A stretch of DNA of 64,000 nucleotides, taken from NCBI RefSeq assembly GCF_009914755.1, contig NC_060945.1. One strand, written 5' to 3'. The stretch's first letter is position 1. Every line of letters starts with the position of its first letter. The notes under the pieces are model-generated. The model had not been told where the DNA came from, searched no databases, and saw only the letters and a list, made by a program, of their open reading frames with translations. Shown in pieces: positions 1 to 18,095 of this stretch. The DNA comes from the human T2T-CHM13v2.0 reference genome, Homo sapiens. Both the position numbers and the translations under genes were made by a program.

Positions 1-3000
1 ATCCTATGTGAGGGAAAAACTCTCAGAAACCTGCAGCAGTGCACTGGAGTCCCTTGTGAGGGACAAACAAACACAACTGAGCAGCAGTGTTCTGGAATCC
101 TTTGAGAGGCAAAAATATTCAGACCCTCGTAGCAGTGTTCTGGAATCCTATGTGAGGGACAAACACTCAGAACCCAGCAGCAGTATTCTGGAATCCTATG
201 TGGGGGACAAACACAACCCAGCCGCAGAGTTCTAGAATCCTCTGTGAGCGACAAACATTCAGAAATTCATAGCAGTATTCTGAAATCCTATATGAGGGAC
301 AAACACTCAGAACCCAGCCACTGTGTTCTGGAATCCTATGTGTGGGACAATCATTCAGACCCTCGTAGCTGTGTTCTGTAATCCTATCTGAGGGACAAAC
401 ATTCAGACCTTCGTATCAGTGTTCTGGAATCCTATGTGAGGGACAAACTCTCAGAACCCAGCAGCACTGTTCTGGAATCCTATGTGAGGGACAAACACTC
501 AGTACCCAGCAGCAGTACTCTGGAATAATTTGTGAGGGACAAACATTCAGATCCTCGTAGCAGTGTTCTGGAATCTTATGTGAGGGACAAACACTCAGTA
601 CCCAGCAGCAGTACTCTGGAATAATTTGTGAGGGACAAACATTCAGATCCTCGTAGCAGTGTTCTGGAATCTTATGTGAGGGACAAACACTTAGAACCCA
701 GCAGCACTGTTCTGGAATCCTATGTGAAGGACAAACACTCTTAACCCAGCAGGAGTGCTCTGGACTACTTTGTGAGGGACAAACATTCAGACAATCATAG
801 CAGTGTTCTGGAATCGTATGTGAGGGACAAACACTCAGAACCCAGCAACAGTGTTTTGGAATCCTATGTGAGGGACAAACCCTCAAACCTAGCAGCAGTG
901 TTCTGTAATCCAATGTGAGGGGCAAACAGAGAGAACCCAGCAGCAGTGCTCTGTAATACTTTGTGACGGACAACATTCAGATAATCGTAGCAGTGTTCTG
1001 CAATCCTATGTGAGAGACAAACCCAAAGAAACCAGCAGCAGTGTTCTGGAATCCTATGTGAGGGACAAACCCTCAGAACCTAGCGGCAGTGTTCTGGAAT
1101 CCAATGAGAGGGACAAACACTCAGAACTCAGCAGCAGTGTTCTCTAATCCTTTGTGAGGGACAACATTCAGATCCTCGTAGCAGTGTTCTGGAATCCTAT
1201 GTGAGAGACAAACACTAAGAAACTAGCAGCAGTGTTCTGGAATCCTATGTGTGGGACAAACACTCAGAACCCAGCAGCAGTGTTCTGGAATCCTTTGTGA
1301 GGGTCAAACACTCAGACTCTCAGAGCAGTGTTCTGGAATCCTATGTGAGGGACAAGCATTCAGACCCTCATAGCACCATTCTGGAATGCTCTGTGAGGAA
1401 CAAATATTCAGACCCTCATAGCAGTGTTCTGGAATCATATGTGAGGTACAAAATCTCAGAACTCAGAAGCAGTATTCTTTAATTCTATGTGAGAGACAAA
1501 CCCTCAGAACCCAGCAGCAGTACTCTGGAATAATTTGTGAGGGACAAACATTCAGACAATCACAGCAGTGTTCTGGAAACCAATGTGAGGACCAAACACT
1601 CAGAACCCAGCAGCAGTGTTCTGGAATATTTGGTAAGGGACGAACATTCAGACAATCTTAGCAGTGTTCTGGAATCCAAAGTGACGGAGAAACACTCAGA
1701 AACGAGCTGCAGTGTTCTAGAATTCTATGTGAGGGACAAACACTCAGAACCCAGCAGCAGTGTTCTGGAATCCTTAGTGAATGACAAACGCTCAGAACCC
1801 AGAAGTAGTGTTTTAGACTGGTTTGTGAGATACAAACATTCAGACCCTCAAAGCAGTGTTGTGGAATCCTATTTGAGGGACAAACACTCATCACACAGCC
1901 ACTGTGTTCTGGAATCCTATCTAAAGGACAAATATTCGGAGCCTCTTAGAAGTGTTCTGGAATCCTATGTCAGGGACAAACATTCAGAAACCAGCAGCAG
2001 TGCTCTGGAATCCTTTGTGAGGGACAAACAAACAGAGCCCAGCAGCTGTGTTCTGGAATCCGATTTGATGGACAAACACTCAGAACCCAGCAGCAGTGTT
2101 CTGGAATCCTTTGTGAGGGACAAACATTAAGATCCTCAGAGAAGTGTTCTGGAATCCTATGTGAGAGACAAACACTCAGAACCCAGCAGCAGTGTTCTAG
2201 AATCCTATGTGAAGGACAAACACTCAGAGCCCAGCAGCAGTGTTCTGCAATCCTTTGTAAGGGTCAAACACTCAGACGCTCAGAACAGTGCTCTGTAATC
2301 CTATGTGAGGGATAAACACTCTGAACCCTGCAGCAGTGTTCTGGATTCATATGTGAGGGACAAGCATTCAGATCCCGATAGCCCTGTTCTGCAATGCTCT
2401 GTGAGGGTCAAACATTCAGAACCTCATAGCAGTGTTCTGAAATACTATGTGAGGTACAAAGCCTCAGAACTCAGCAGTAGTGTTCTGGAATCCTATGTGA
2501 GTGACAAACACTCAGAAACCAGCAGCAATGTTCTAGAATCCTTTGTGAGGGACAAACATTTAGACTCTCGAAGCAGTGTTCTGTTATCCTATGTGAGGGA
2601 CACTCAGATCCAGCAGCATTGTTCTAGAATCTTTTGTGATGGACAAACATTAAGGTCCTCGTAGCAGTTTTCTGGAATCCTATGTGACGGGGCAAACACT
2701 CAGAACCCAGCAGCAGTGTTCTGGAATCCAGTGTGTGGTACAAACACTCAGAACCGAGCCAGTGTGTACTGGAATCCTATCTCAGGGCTAAACATTCAGA
2801 CCTTCACAGAAGTGATCTGGAATCCTATGTGTGCAACAAACACTAAATAACCAGCAGCAGTGCTCTGGAATCCTTTGTGAGGGACAAACAAACAGAAACC
2901 AGCAGCAGTGTTCTGGAAGTCTTTGTGAGGGAAGAACATTCAGACCCTCGTAGCAGTGTTCTGGAATCCTACGTGCGGGACAATCACTCAGAAGCCAGCA

Positions 3001-6000
3001 GCACTGTTCTGGAATCCTATGTGAAGGACAAATATTCAGAACCCAGAATCAATGGATTCCTAAGTGAAGGATAAACTCTCAGAACTCAGCAGCAGTTGTC
3101 TGCAATCTTTTGTGAGGGACAAATATTGAGACTCTCAAACCAGTGTTCTGGAATCCTATGTAAGGGACAAGCATTCAGAGTCTCATAGCAGTACTCTGGA
3201 ATCCTATATGAGGTACAAACACGAAAAACCCAGCAGCAGTGTTCTGGAATCCTATGTGAGGGACAAACACTCAGAACCTAGCAACAGTGATCTGGAATCC
3301 TATATGAGGGACAAACATTCAGACCCTCGTAGCAGTGTTTTGGAATCCTTTGTGAGGGACAAACAATCAGGAACCAGCAGCTTTGTTCTGGAATCCTATG
3401 GGATAGATGAACACTCAGAACCCAGCATCAGTGTTCTGGAATCCTTTGTGAGGGACAAGCAATCAGGACACAGCAGCTCTGTTCTGGAATCCTATGTGAG
3501 GGACAAACGTTCAGACCCTCGTATTAGTGTTCTGGAATCCTATGGGAGGGACTTACAAACAGAACCCAGTGACAGTGTTCTACAATCCTTTGTTAGGGAA
3601 AAACATTCAGACCCTCGTAACAGTCTTTTGAATCCTATGTGAGGGAAAAACATTCAGACCCTCATAGTAGTGTTCTGGAATCTTATTTGAGGGGCAAACA
3701 CTCAGAACCCAGCAGCAGTGTTCTGGAATCCTTTGGGAGGGATAAACATTCAGACCCCCTTAGCAGTGTTCTGGAATCCTATGTGAGGGACAAACACTCA
3801 GAACCCAGCAGCAGTGTTCTGGAATCCTATCTGAAGGAAAACATTCGGAACCTCTTAGAAGTTTTCTGGAATCCTATGTGAGGGACAAACACTCTGAAGC
3901 CAATAGCAGTGTTCTGGTATCCTATATGAGGGACAAACACTCAGAACCCAGCAGAAGTGTTCTGGAATCCCATATGAGGGACAAACACAAACCAGCAGCA
4001 AATGTTCTGGAATCCTATGTGAGGGACAAACATTCAGACCCTAGGAGCAGTGTTCTGGAATCCTATGTGAAGGACCAACAGTAAGAACCCAGTAGCAGTG
4101 TTCTGGAATCCTATGTGAGGGACAAGAATTCAGACACTCGTAGCAGTGATACAGAATGCTTTCTGAGGGGAAAAACATGCAGACCCTCATAGCAGTGTTC
4201 TGAAATCCTATGTGAGGGACAAACACTCAGAAGCCAGCAGCAGTGTTCTGGAATCCTTTGTGTCGGACAAACACTCAGAACTCAAAAGCAGTGTTCTGGA
4301 ATCCCTTTGAGGGACAAACACTCAGACCCTCATAGCAGTGTTCCGGAATCGTATGTGAGGGACAAACTTTCAGAACCCAGCAGCAGTGTTCTGGAATCCT
4401 TGGTGAGGAAGAAACTTTCAGACCCTCTGAGCAGTGTTTTGGAATCCTATGTTTGGGACAAACACTCAGAACCTAGCAGCTGTGTTCTGCAATCCTATGT
4501 GAGGGACAAACACTCAGAACCCACAAGCGGTGCTCTGGACTCTTTGTGAGGGACAAACATTCCTACATTTTAGCAGTGTTCCAGAATCTCATGTGATAGA
4601 GAAACGCTCAGAACCCAGCAGCAGAGTTCTAGAATTCTACGTGAGGGACAAACCCTCATAACCTAGCAGCAGTATTCTGCAATTCTAATTGAAGGACAAA
4701 CCTTCAGAACCCAGCAGCAGTGTTCTCGTACTCAATGACAGGGACAATCCCTCAGATCCCAGCAGCAGTTTTCTGGAAACCTATGTGAGGAACAAACACT
4801 CAGAACCCAGCAGCAGTGTTCTGGAATCCAATGTGAGGGACAAACACTCAGAAACCAGCAGCAGTGTTCTGGAATCCTATGTGAGGGACAAACACTCAGA
4901 ACCCAGCAGCATTTTTCTGAAATCCTTTGTGAGAGACAAACTTTCATAGCCTTGTAGCTGTGTTCTGGAATCCTATATGTGGAACAAACACTCAGAGCCC
5001 AGAAGCAGTGGTCTGGAATCCTGTGTGAGGGACAAACACTCAGACCCTCGAAGCAGTGTTCTGGAATCCTGTGTGAGGGACAAACATTCAGATCCAGCAG
5101 CATTGTTCTGGAATCCTTTGTTATGGACAAACCTTCAGATGCTCATAGCAGTTTTCTGGAATCCCTTGTGAGGGACAAACACTCAGAACCCAGCAGCAGT
5201 GTTCTGGAATCCTCTGTGAGTGACAAACACTCAGAAACCAGCAGCAGTGTTCCAGCATCCTTTGTGAGGGACAAACACTCAGACCCTCGAAGCAGTGTTC
5301 TGGAATCCTATGTGAGGGACCAACACTCAGAACCCAGCCACTGTGTACTGGAATCCTATCTGAGGGACAAATATTCAAACCACCGCAGAAGTGTTCTGGA
5401 ATCCTATGTGCAGAACAAACACTAAGAAACCAGCAGCAGTGCTCTGGAATCCTTTGTGGGGGACAAACAAACAGAACCCAGCAGCGTTCTGGAATCCTTT
5501 GTGAGGGAAAAACTTTCAGACCCTCATAGCAGTGTTCTGGAATCCTATATCAGGGACAAACACTCAGAACCCAGCAGCAGAGTTCTGCAATCCTTTGTGA
5601 GGGAAAAACATTGAGACCCTCTTAGCAGTGTTCTTGAATCCTACATGAGGGAAAAACATTCAGACCCTCATAACATTGTTCTGGAATCCAATATAAGGGA
5701 CAAGCACTCAGAACCCAGCAGCATTGTTCCAGAATCCTATGTGAGGGACAAACACTCAGAACCCAGCAGCAGTGTTCTGGAATCCTATGTGAGCCACAAA
5801 CATTCAGAACTTCATAGCAGAGTTCTGGAATCTTATGTGAGGGACAAACACTCAGAACCCAGCAGCAGTGTTCTGGAATCCTATGTGAGGGACAAACACT
5901 CAGAACCCAGCAGCAGTGTTCTGGAATCCTTTGTGAGGGACAAACATTCAGAACCTCATAGCAGTGTTCTGGAATCGTATGTGAGGGATAACACTCTGAA

Positions 6001-6107
6001 CCCAGCAGGAGTGTTTTTGAATCCCATGTGAGCAACAATCACTCAGAACCCTGAAGCAGTGTTCTGGAATCCTATGTTAGTGACAAACTCTCAGAACCCA
6101 GAAGCAG
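1..6107. repeat. CER (48-bp centromeric repeat, D22Z3-type) satellite array, diverged; continues off the left edge
   Basis: Tandem 48-bp unit CTGGAATCCTATGTGAGGGACAAACACTCAGAACCCAGCAGCAGTGTT, about 127 copies. There are two monomer types (CACTCAGAACCCAGC and CATTCAGACCCTCGT). The reverse complement matches the CER consensus as I recall it. Confidence 0.93.
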
Positions 6108-6130
6108 AGGGAAAAGAAACTACCAAGTGT

Positions 6131-7157
6131 AGCCAAGATGGCCGAATAGGAACAGCTCCGGTCTACAGCTCCCAGTGTCAGCAATGCAGAAGATGGGTGA
6201 TTTCTGCATTTCCATCTGAGGTACCAGGTTCATCTCACTAGGGAGTGCCAGACAGCAGATGCAGGACAGTGGGTGCAGTGCACAGTTCATGAGCCGAAGC
6301 AGGGTGAGGCACTGCCCCACTCGGCAAGTGCAAGGGGTCAGGGAGTTCCCTTTCCTAGTCAAAGAAAGGGGTGACAGACAGCACCTGGAAAATCGGGTAA
6401 CTCCCACCATAATACTGCGCTTTTCTGATGGTCTTAACAAATGGCGCACCAGGAGATTATATCCTGCACCTGGCTCAGAGGGTGATACGCCCACGGAGTC
6501 TCGCTGATTGCTAGCACAGCAGTCTGAGATTAAACTGCAAGGCAGCAGCAAGGCTTGGGGAGGGTCGCTCACAATTGCCCAGGCTTGCATAGGTAAACAA
6601 AGTAGCCAGGAACTCGAACTGGGTGGAGCCCACCACAGCTCAAGGAGGCCTGCCTGCCTCTTTAGGCTCCACCTCTGGGGGCAGGGCGCAGACAAACAAA
6701 AAGACAGCAGTAACCTCTGCAGACTTAAATGTCCCTGTCTGACAGCTTTGAAGAGAGCAGTGGTTCTCCCAGCACACAGCTGGAGATCTGAGAACAGGCA
6801 GACTCCCTCCTCAAGTGGGTCCCTGACCCCTGACCTCCAAGCAGCCTGACTGGGAGGCACCCCCCAGTACAGGCAGACTGACACCTCACACGGCCGGGTA
6901 CTCCTCTAAGACAAAACTTCCAGAGGAACGATCAGACAGCAGCATTCGCGGTTCATGAAAATCTGCTGTTCTGCAGCCACCACTGCTAATACCCAGGCAA
7001 ACAGGGTCTGGAGTGGACCTCTAGAAAACTCCAACAGACCTGCAGCTGAGGGTCCTGTCTGTTAGAAGGAAAACTAACAAACAGAAAGGACATCCACACC
7101 AAAAACCCATCTGTACATCACCATCATCAAAGACCAAAAGTAGATACAACCACAAAG
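6131..7157 (+). promoter_or_regulatory. L1 5'UTR with internal sense promoter and antisense promoter; intact YY1 motif at 6134-6143
   Basis: CAAGATGGCC at the 5' end. Many CpGs have decayed to TG/CA, so activity is not shown. Confidence 0.7.
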
Positions 7158-8170
7158 ATGGGGAAAAAACAGAGCAGAAAAATTGGAAATTCTAAAAAGC
7201 GAGCACCTCTCCTCCTCCAAAGGAATGCAGTTCCTCACCAGCAATGGAAAAAAGCTGGGCGGAGAATGACTTTGACGAGTTGAGAGAAGGCTTCAGACGA
7301 TCAAACTACTCTGAGCTACAGGAGGAAATTCAAACCAAAGGCAAAGAAGTTAAAAACTTTGAAAAAAATTTAGACGAATGTATATCTAGAATAACCAATA
7401 CAGAGAAGTGCTTAAAGGAGCTGATGGAGCTGAAAGCCAAGGCTCGAGAACTACGTGAAGAATGCAGAAGATTCAGGAGCCGATGTGATCAACTGGAAGA
7501 AAGGGTATAAGTGATGGAAGAAGAAATGAATGAAATGAAGCGAGAAGGGAAGTTTAGAGAAAAAAGAATAAAAAGAAATGAGCAAAGCCTCCAAGAAATA
7601 TGGGACTATGTGAAAAGACCAAATCTACGTCTGATTGGTGTACCTGAAACTGACGGGGAGAATGGAACCAAGTTGGAAAACACTCTGCAGGATATTATCC
7701 AGGAGAACTCCCCCAATATAGCAAGGCAGGCCAACATTCAGATTCAGGAAATACAGAGAATGCCACAAAGATACTCCTTGAAAAGAGCGATTCCAAGACA
7801 CATAATTGTCAGATTCACCATAGCTGAAATGAAGGAAAAAATGTTAAGGGCAGCCAGAGAGAAAGGTCGGGTTACCCACAAAGGGAAGCCCATCAGACTA
7901 ACAGTGGATCTCTTGGCAGAAACTCTAGAAGCCAGAAGAGAGTGGGGGCCAATATTAAACATTCTTAAAGAAAAGAATTTTCAATGCAGAATTTCATATC
8001 CAGCCAAACTAAGCTTCATAAGTGAAGGAGAAATAAAATACTTTACAGACAAGCAAATGCTGAGAGATTTTGTCACCACCAGGCCTGCCCTAAAAGAGCT
8101 CCTGAAGGAAGCACTAAACATGAAAAGGAACAACCAGTACCAGCCGCTGCAAAATCATGCCAAAATGTAA
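7158..8170 (+). pseudogene. L1 ORF1p, disrupted
   Basis: ATGGGGAAAAAACAGAGC start at 7158, a frameshift near 7200 and an in-frame TAA at 7508-7510. Fragments 7244-7510 and 7511-8170 translate to ORF1p (YVKRPNLRLIGVPE, YPAKLSF, QNHAKM). Confidence 0.92.
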
Positions 8171-8233
8171 AGATCATCGAGACAAGGAAGAAACTGCATC
8201 AACTAACGAGCAAAATAACCAGCTAGCATCATA

Positions 8234-12055
<3,822 letters not shown>

Positions 12056-12399
12056 ACAATGAGAACACACAGACACCGGAAGGGGAACATCACACTTCAG
12101 GGACTGTTGTGTGGTGGGGGGAGGGGGGAGGGATAGCATTAGGAGATATTCCTAATGCTAAATGACGAGTTAATGGGTGCAGCACACCAACATGGCACAT
12201 GAATACTTATGTTGCAATCCTGCACATTGTGCACATGTATCCTAAAACTTAAAGTATAATAATAAAATAAAATAAAATAAAAAAGCAAAATATACACTAA
12301 TACAGATTAACCAACTAAAAAAAGTAGAGAAAGGTTATTTAAAAAATATAAAGCATACAGTAATAATCTAACACGTTGAAATCTAAGAAGGAGAAAACA

Positions 12400-14560
12400 G
12401 CTGGTCTGAACAGCATTTTAAGTGGCAATGTTAGAGGTTTTATCAAAATTGACCAATAATATTAATCCACAGGTTCAGGAGGCTTTGCAAACCAAATGAA
12501 AACACACAGAGAGGACACACCTAGGAACATAATGGGACAATTTCTGAAAAGTAAAAGAAAAATGTCAAAAGCACTTGATAAAAAAATTGGGCTAACTATA
12601 AACAGAAAGAGTTGACTGATGACAACCTTCTCAAATGAAACTATGAAAGCCAACAAGTGAGGTATTGATACCTTTCAAGTCCTGAAATAAAATAAGTGCC
12701 GACCTAGAACTGTCTACTTGGTGGATATATCCATCAAAAGCAAAGATACAATAAAGAATTTATCCCAAGCAGACCCACAGGAAAAGAAATACTAAAGATT
12801 ATTCTTCAGGTAGAAGAGCTATGATCCCTGATGAAAGTTTGCAGTTAGAAGAACGCTTTTTTTAATGAAAGAAATAAACATAGAGAGAAATTTAATTGGA
12901 TATCGACTGTATAACAGAATACTATCTCATAAAGTTTAAAATGCATCTTCCATACAACAGCAGAAGCATATAAGTTGTGAGTTGGATAAATTAATTTTAA
13001 AATATTGTCAAGTTTTTTTGCAAATAGACAAATGTACCAATTATATTAGACCCTGAATGCACGTTGTAATAAACCAGTTAAAACATAATCAGACCAGATT
13101 TTTTAAATGGACTCTCTTAAAGTTTTTAAAATTTATATTTATATTTCACATATGTTGAAATTAAATAATGGAAAAGCATGCAATGCAAATATTAAACAAA
13201 ATATAGCTTTAGTTGTACTTATATTCACATTTAAAAAGTTGGACACAGTTAAGTCTCAGTGATTTTTTTACACAACGGAGGCAAGCTGTGCAGTTATAAC
13301 TAGTATTATGTTATGCTCTTGGCCTGATTACAGAAGGGAAAGGGGCACTCATACCAGATAATGGCAGAATGAAGCAACAAGGAGTAGAGTTACAGAACAT
13401 GATGCTGTAACTGGGACTGGAGTTACTCTTTTAGAGTTAAAGAATAGTAAACTGGACAAAATATATGAAACTTTTTTTGAAATACTGAACATCAGGCAGC
13501 ACAGGACTGTGCTCCGCAAGAGAAAAGAAGGAGCCAGAATGACTCCTGCTTTATTCCCAGGTTCTCCGTGACAGCAGTAGAGAGGAATCCCAGAGAGAGC
13601 AGACATTGTCATTGCACTGAGGAACCAGATAAAAACCAAAATGTTAAGCAGCTGGAATATGTAGTAGAAGAGAACGTTTACAGAAAAAGGAACCAATAAT
13701 CAGCCTAAGGTTTCTCCCAAGTCCCTAAGCCAAATGTACATAGGATGAAATTCTAAGGAGCTCAGCAAAGGACTACCAGGGAGTTGGAAGAACACTTCCC
13801 TGGCATCACATGACAGGAAGACATGTTAGCTCTGACCAGCCAGAGAAGGGAATCCCCTCTGTACTTCCAGGATATTCAGTAAAGACCACTGGAGGTTCAT
13901 GCCCTAGTGACAGTGCTCATTTAGCTCCAAATTACAGATGGCTCTAGACTAACTCAACAAAGTCTAAAGAGAAGATTTAAAACAACAACAGAAAAATAGT
14001 CATCCTGAAGTTACTGAACTGCCTGCCACAACATTGTTCAAATGTAGCCAATAAAATCTAGATATTCAATAGCATAACATCAAAATACCCCCCCCCCAAA
14101 AAAAACTCTGACATGCAAAGAAGCCGGAAGATATATATTATTAAGATATACATTAAGAGGAAAAAATAAGTCATTTATCAATGACAGAAGAAGGAATTTT
14201 CAAGGTCCTTAATGTAATTATATTTTATAAATACATATAGATAAATACATATATATGTCAAAGTACTTAAATGAAAATTGAACATAGGAGAAAAATGGAA
14301 GTTATAAAATGAAAAATGTGACACGTATAGATGAAAAATAAATATTTGAAATAAAAATTCCATGAGATAGAATAAGTCATGGATTTTACCCTAACATCAG
14401 AAAATATATAGAAAAATTAGAAGCTTTACAAACTAAAGGACAAAGGGTAAACTAAAATAAGAAATCCAGAAACTCACTGATACGTGAGACAATATGCAGC
14501 AGTGTAACATACATTTAATTAATATCTCAAAAGGGATGGGTGGGGGAATTATAGTTGAAT
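12400..14560 (+). mobile_element. Ancient L1M (L1ME/MC-like) 5'/ORF1 remnants
   Basis: Degenerate A-rich L1M-like motifs, e.g. TCAAATGAAACTATGAAAGCCAAC..TTCAAGTCCTGAAA and AAACTGGACAAAATATATGAAAC. Boundaries are approximate. Confidence 0.5.
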
Positions 14561-14619
14561 AAAGAATGGTACATTCATTCCTGAGGGCACCGAGGAGGGA
14601 GGATAGCTTGAGATTCCTA

Positions 14620-14748
14620 AGGGAGGGCATTATCCATTCATGAAGGTTCATCCCCATGACCAAACACCTCCCAGTAAGCCCCACCTGCAACATTGGGGAT
14701 CAAATTTTAACAGGAGATTTGGAAGGGGCAAGCATTCAAACCATAACA
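14620..14748 (-). mobile_element. MaLR (MST-type) LTR fragment
   Basis: CCCCATGACCAAACACCTCCCAGTAAGCCCCACCTGCAACATTGGGGATCAAATTT...ATTCAAACCATAACA. Confidence 0.7.
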
Positions 14749-15899
14749 AGAGTTAAATTTCCCTTTAAAAAAATCACTGATATGATTCCATTTCGCCATA
14801 GATAAAAACTATCATTTCAGCCTACCATTGAGTGTACTTATAGCTAACGGAAAGGGCACTTTGTCTCGGGAATACAGATTTGCCTAGAGGTATCCTATTG
14901 CAGTCAAAGAAAGAACAATGAGGGATAGAAAATGTTAGTGATGGAGACACCAACGCTGCATTTTACAACAAACAATGTAAAAACTTTACGGATTGCTTCT
15001 GCTAACTTACTAAAGTTTACGTTCCTCTCAGGTGGGAGAATTGTTGAGTTTTTTCTTAAGATAGAAAAGCAATTCAGATAATCTGAAATCTCCACAAGAA
15101 GGATAAGAAGCACAGCAGAAACTATTCTAGGCAGGAAGTCAATCCATTCAACTGTCTGTGCTCCATAGAAACAACTGTCTGCACTGGGAGTCATACGAGG
15201 TACAGACAACAGCCAGACCTCTGATCCTCTCATTAGTGATTTCAGAAGAAATTAACAGTCAGCTGAGTAATTCACTGAGTAAAGTAAACATTTGGCACTG
15301 ACAGAGGTTAGACGGATAACTATTTGTATCACCATATTCATGAAGCTGGAATATTTTCCATTACTGGTATCACATCCGAATGGAAGATGTTAAAAGGTCT
15401 CTCATCTTGTAAGATGGATATGAAAGAACATTTTCTGAGAAATGAAATTATTCACACACCAGCGAGGTGGATGGAAGAGAAAAAAAAAGAATAATCAGCT
15501 TGAGTTCTTCTCCTTGATAAGACAACTCACTAAAAACATAAAGAGAAAAATACAAGTTAAAATAATTAACCAGAAGAAGACTACTCTAGACTTTTTAAAT
15601 TGCTGATAAGATTTTAATTTGCTCCAAGTTGAAAATAACTATATCGCTTGTGTTTTAAGGCACATAATGAGCAATTATATCACACATGATAGATTCAGCA
15701 GTAAAATATTATCCGTTAACAGCTGGAACTCATAAAAGCATAGCACAATGTGAAGATGGAATTTGCTAAAATAAACCATCTGCTGAAAAATACTATTCTG
15801 CAAATTTAAAAATAAAGTTTAAATGTTATTTGTCTTATTTAATAGGTCTGTGAAAAAATGCGATATTTGAAAAGTAGGTGCTAACTTAATTAGTTCTTT

Positions 15900-16817
<918 letters not shown>

Positions 16818-17789
16818 ATATGTACAATAAATATTATTGTGATTTTTAATCTTTACTTTTCTGTGGAGAAAACATAGGTGTGATTTCTAGTGTAGCTGAA
16901 CATCACGTTTATTGACAATATTGCACTTGTGTGTGGGTGTGTGTGTGTAGCTACTCTTTACCTTTGTTCTCACGTAATGATTAGATATTAACAATTAATT
17001 CAGTAAAATGTATGTTTTGCAATATTTCTCCATGTTATTATGCTTTAAATTAGTTTAATCATGCCACTATAATGTGTACATTTTAACCTTTGACTATAGG
17101 TCTCAATCTTATTTTGGTTCCTGTATTTGAATTTATGCTAATAAAGTTCCACAGCTAAAAAGGATTATATAAACTTATCTACATTTTTGCTAGTATTCTG
17201 GTGTCATTTTAAATTATGTAATTAAATCAAATTTTAATTTGGATTATTGTTATCTGAGTTAAGGATCTAAATTTTTAATTTTCTTATAAATATTACATAA
17301 TTATTTCTGAACCATATATTGACTAATCTGCCCTTTATATGATGTGCATTATAAGAGCTTGGGATTGATTCCTTTGCAAAGATGAATGCTTGAGAAGTAG
17401 ATATTTAATCATAACATTTCAAAATCTACTGGATAACCTTGAATTGAAAAATAGCCTATAGGTTGAAAAACTCCTGTAGTGAAGAAAGAAATAACTAGTA
17501 TACAGTGACAATATAAACATTATAAGTATTTATTTTATTATCGCCCTGAAATTTGATAATACAAACATGTAATATCTACCTATCATCCATATATCAGGTC
17601 ATAAAAAATCAATACATTCTTCAAAAATTTAGCATAACAAGAAATGCACTCTCTCTCCTTGATGGAATTAAGTTACAAATAAAAGTAAAAATAAGTAGAT
17701 AAGTGATGGAAGTAGACGTTTAAAAACAAAGAAAAATATTTGTTTTGGATAACATAAAAACTCAATTGACGATTCCAATATTTCAAGAA

Positions 17790-17983
17790 CTTTGGCTGTC
17801 AACTGGTGGAGTTTTCCCCAGGAGACATTTGTCAATGTCTAGGGTTATTGTGGGGATGTCAAGACTGGTGGAGGTGTGAAATTTAGAGGTCAAATGAATC
17901 AACTAGCATTGCTAGGGCAGCCTCCCACAACGAAGAATCCTCTGGTCCTAAAGGTAAGTAGCACCAAGGTTGAGAAACCATAA
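17790..17983 (+). mobile_element. MER20 (hAT-Charlie DNA transposon)
   Basis: CCCCAGGAGACATTTGTCAATGTCT...CCTCCCACAACGAAGAAT...CAAGGTTGAGAAACC. Confidence 0.8.
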
Positions 17984-18095
17984 TCTAGAAAGTAAACACT
18001 ATGTAGCTATTCCAAGTGCTCAGGAAAACACATCAATGCCCTCGAGGGGAAAAGTGTAAACATTTTAATTGCTGTACATGGTGACACAAATCCAT

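Noticed and set aside
1-6107. Many ORFs with a 16-aa repeat (RDKHSEPSSSVLESYV / CPSHRIPEHCCWVLSV), superficially a repeat or zinc-finger-like protein
   Set aside because: They follow from a 48-bp unit (a multiple of 3) lacking stops. Frames break at random indels and stops, and there is no gene structure.
1-6107. CRISPR-like regular repeat array
   Set aside because: The units are contiguous tandem monomers with no unique spacers and no cas genes, in a primate context.
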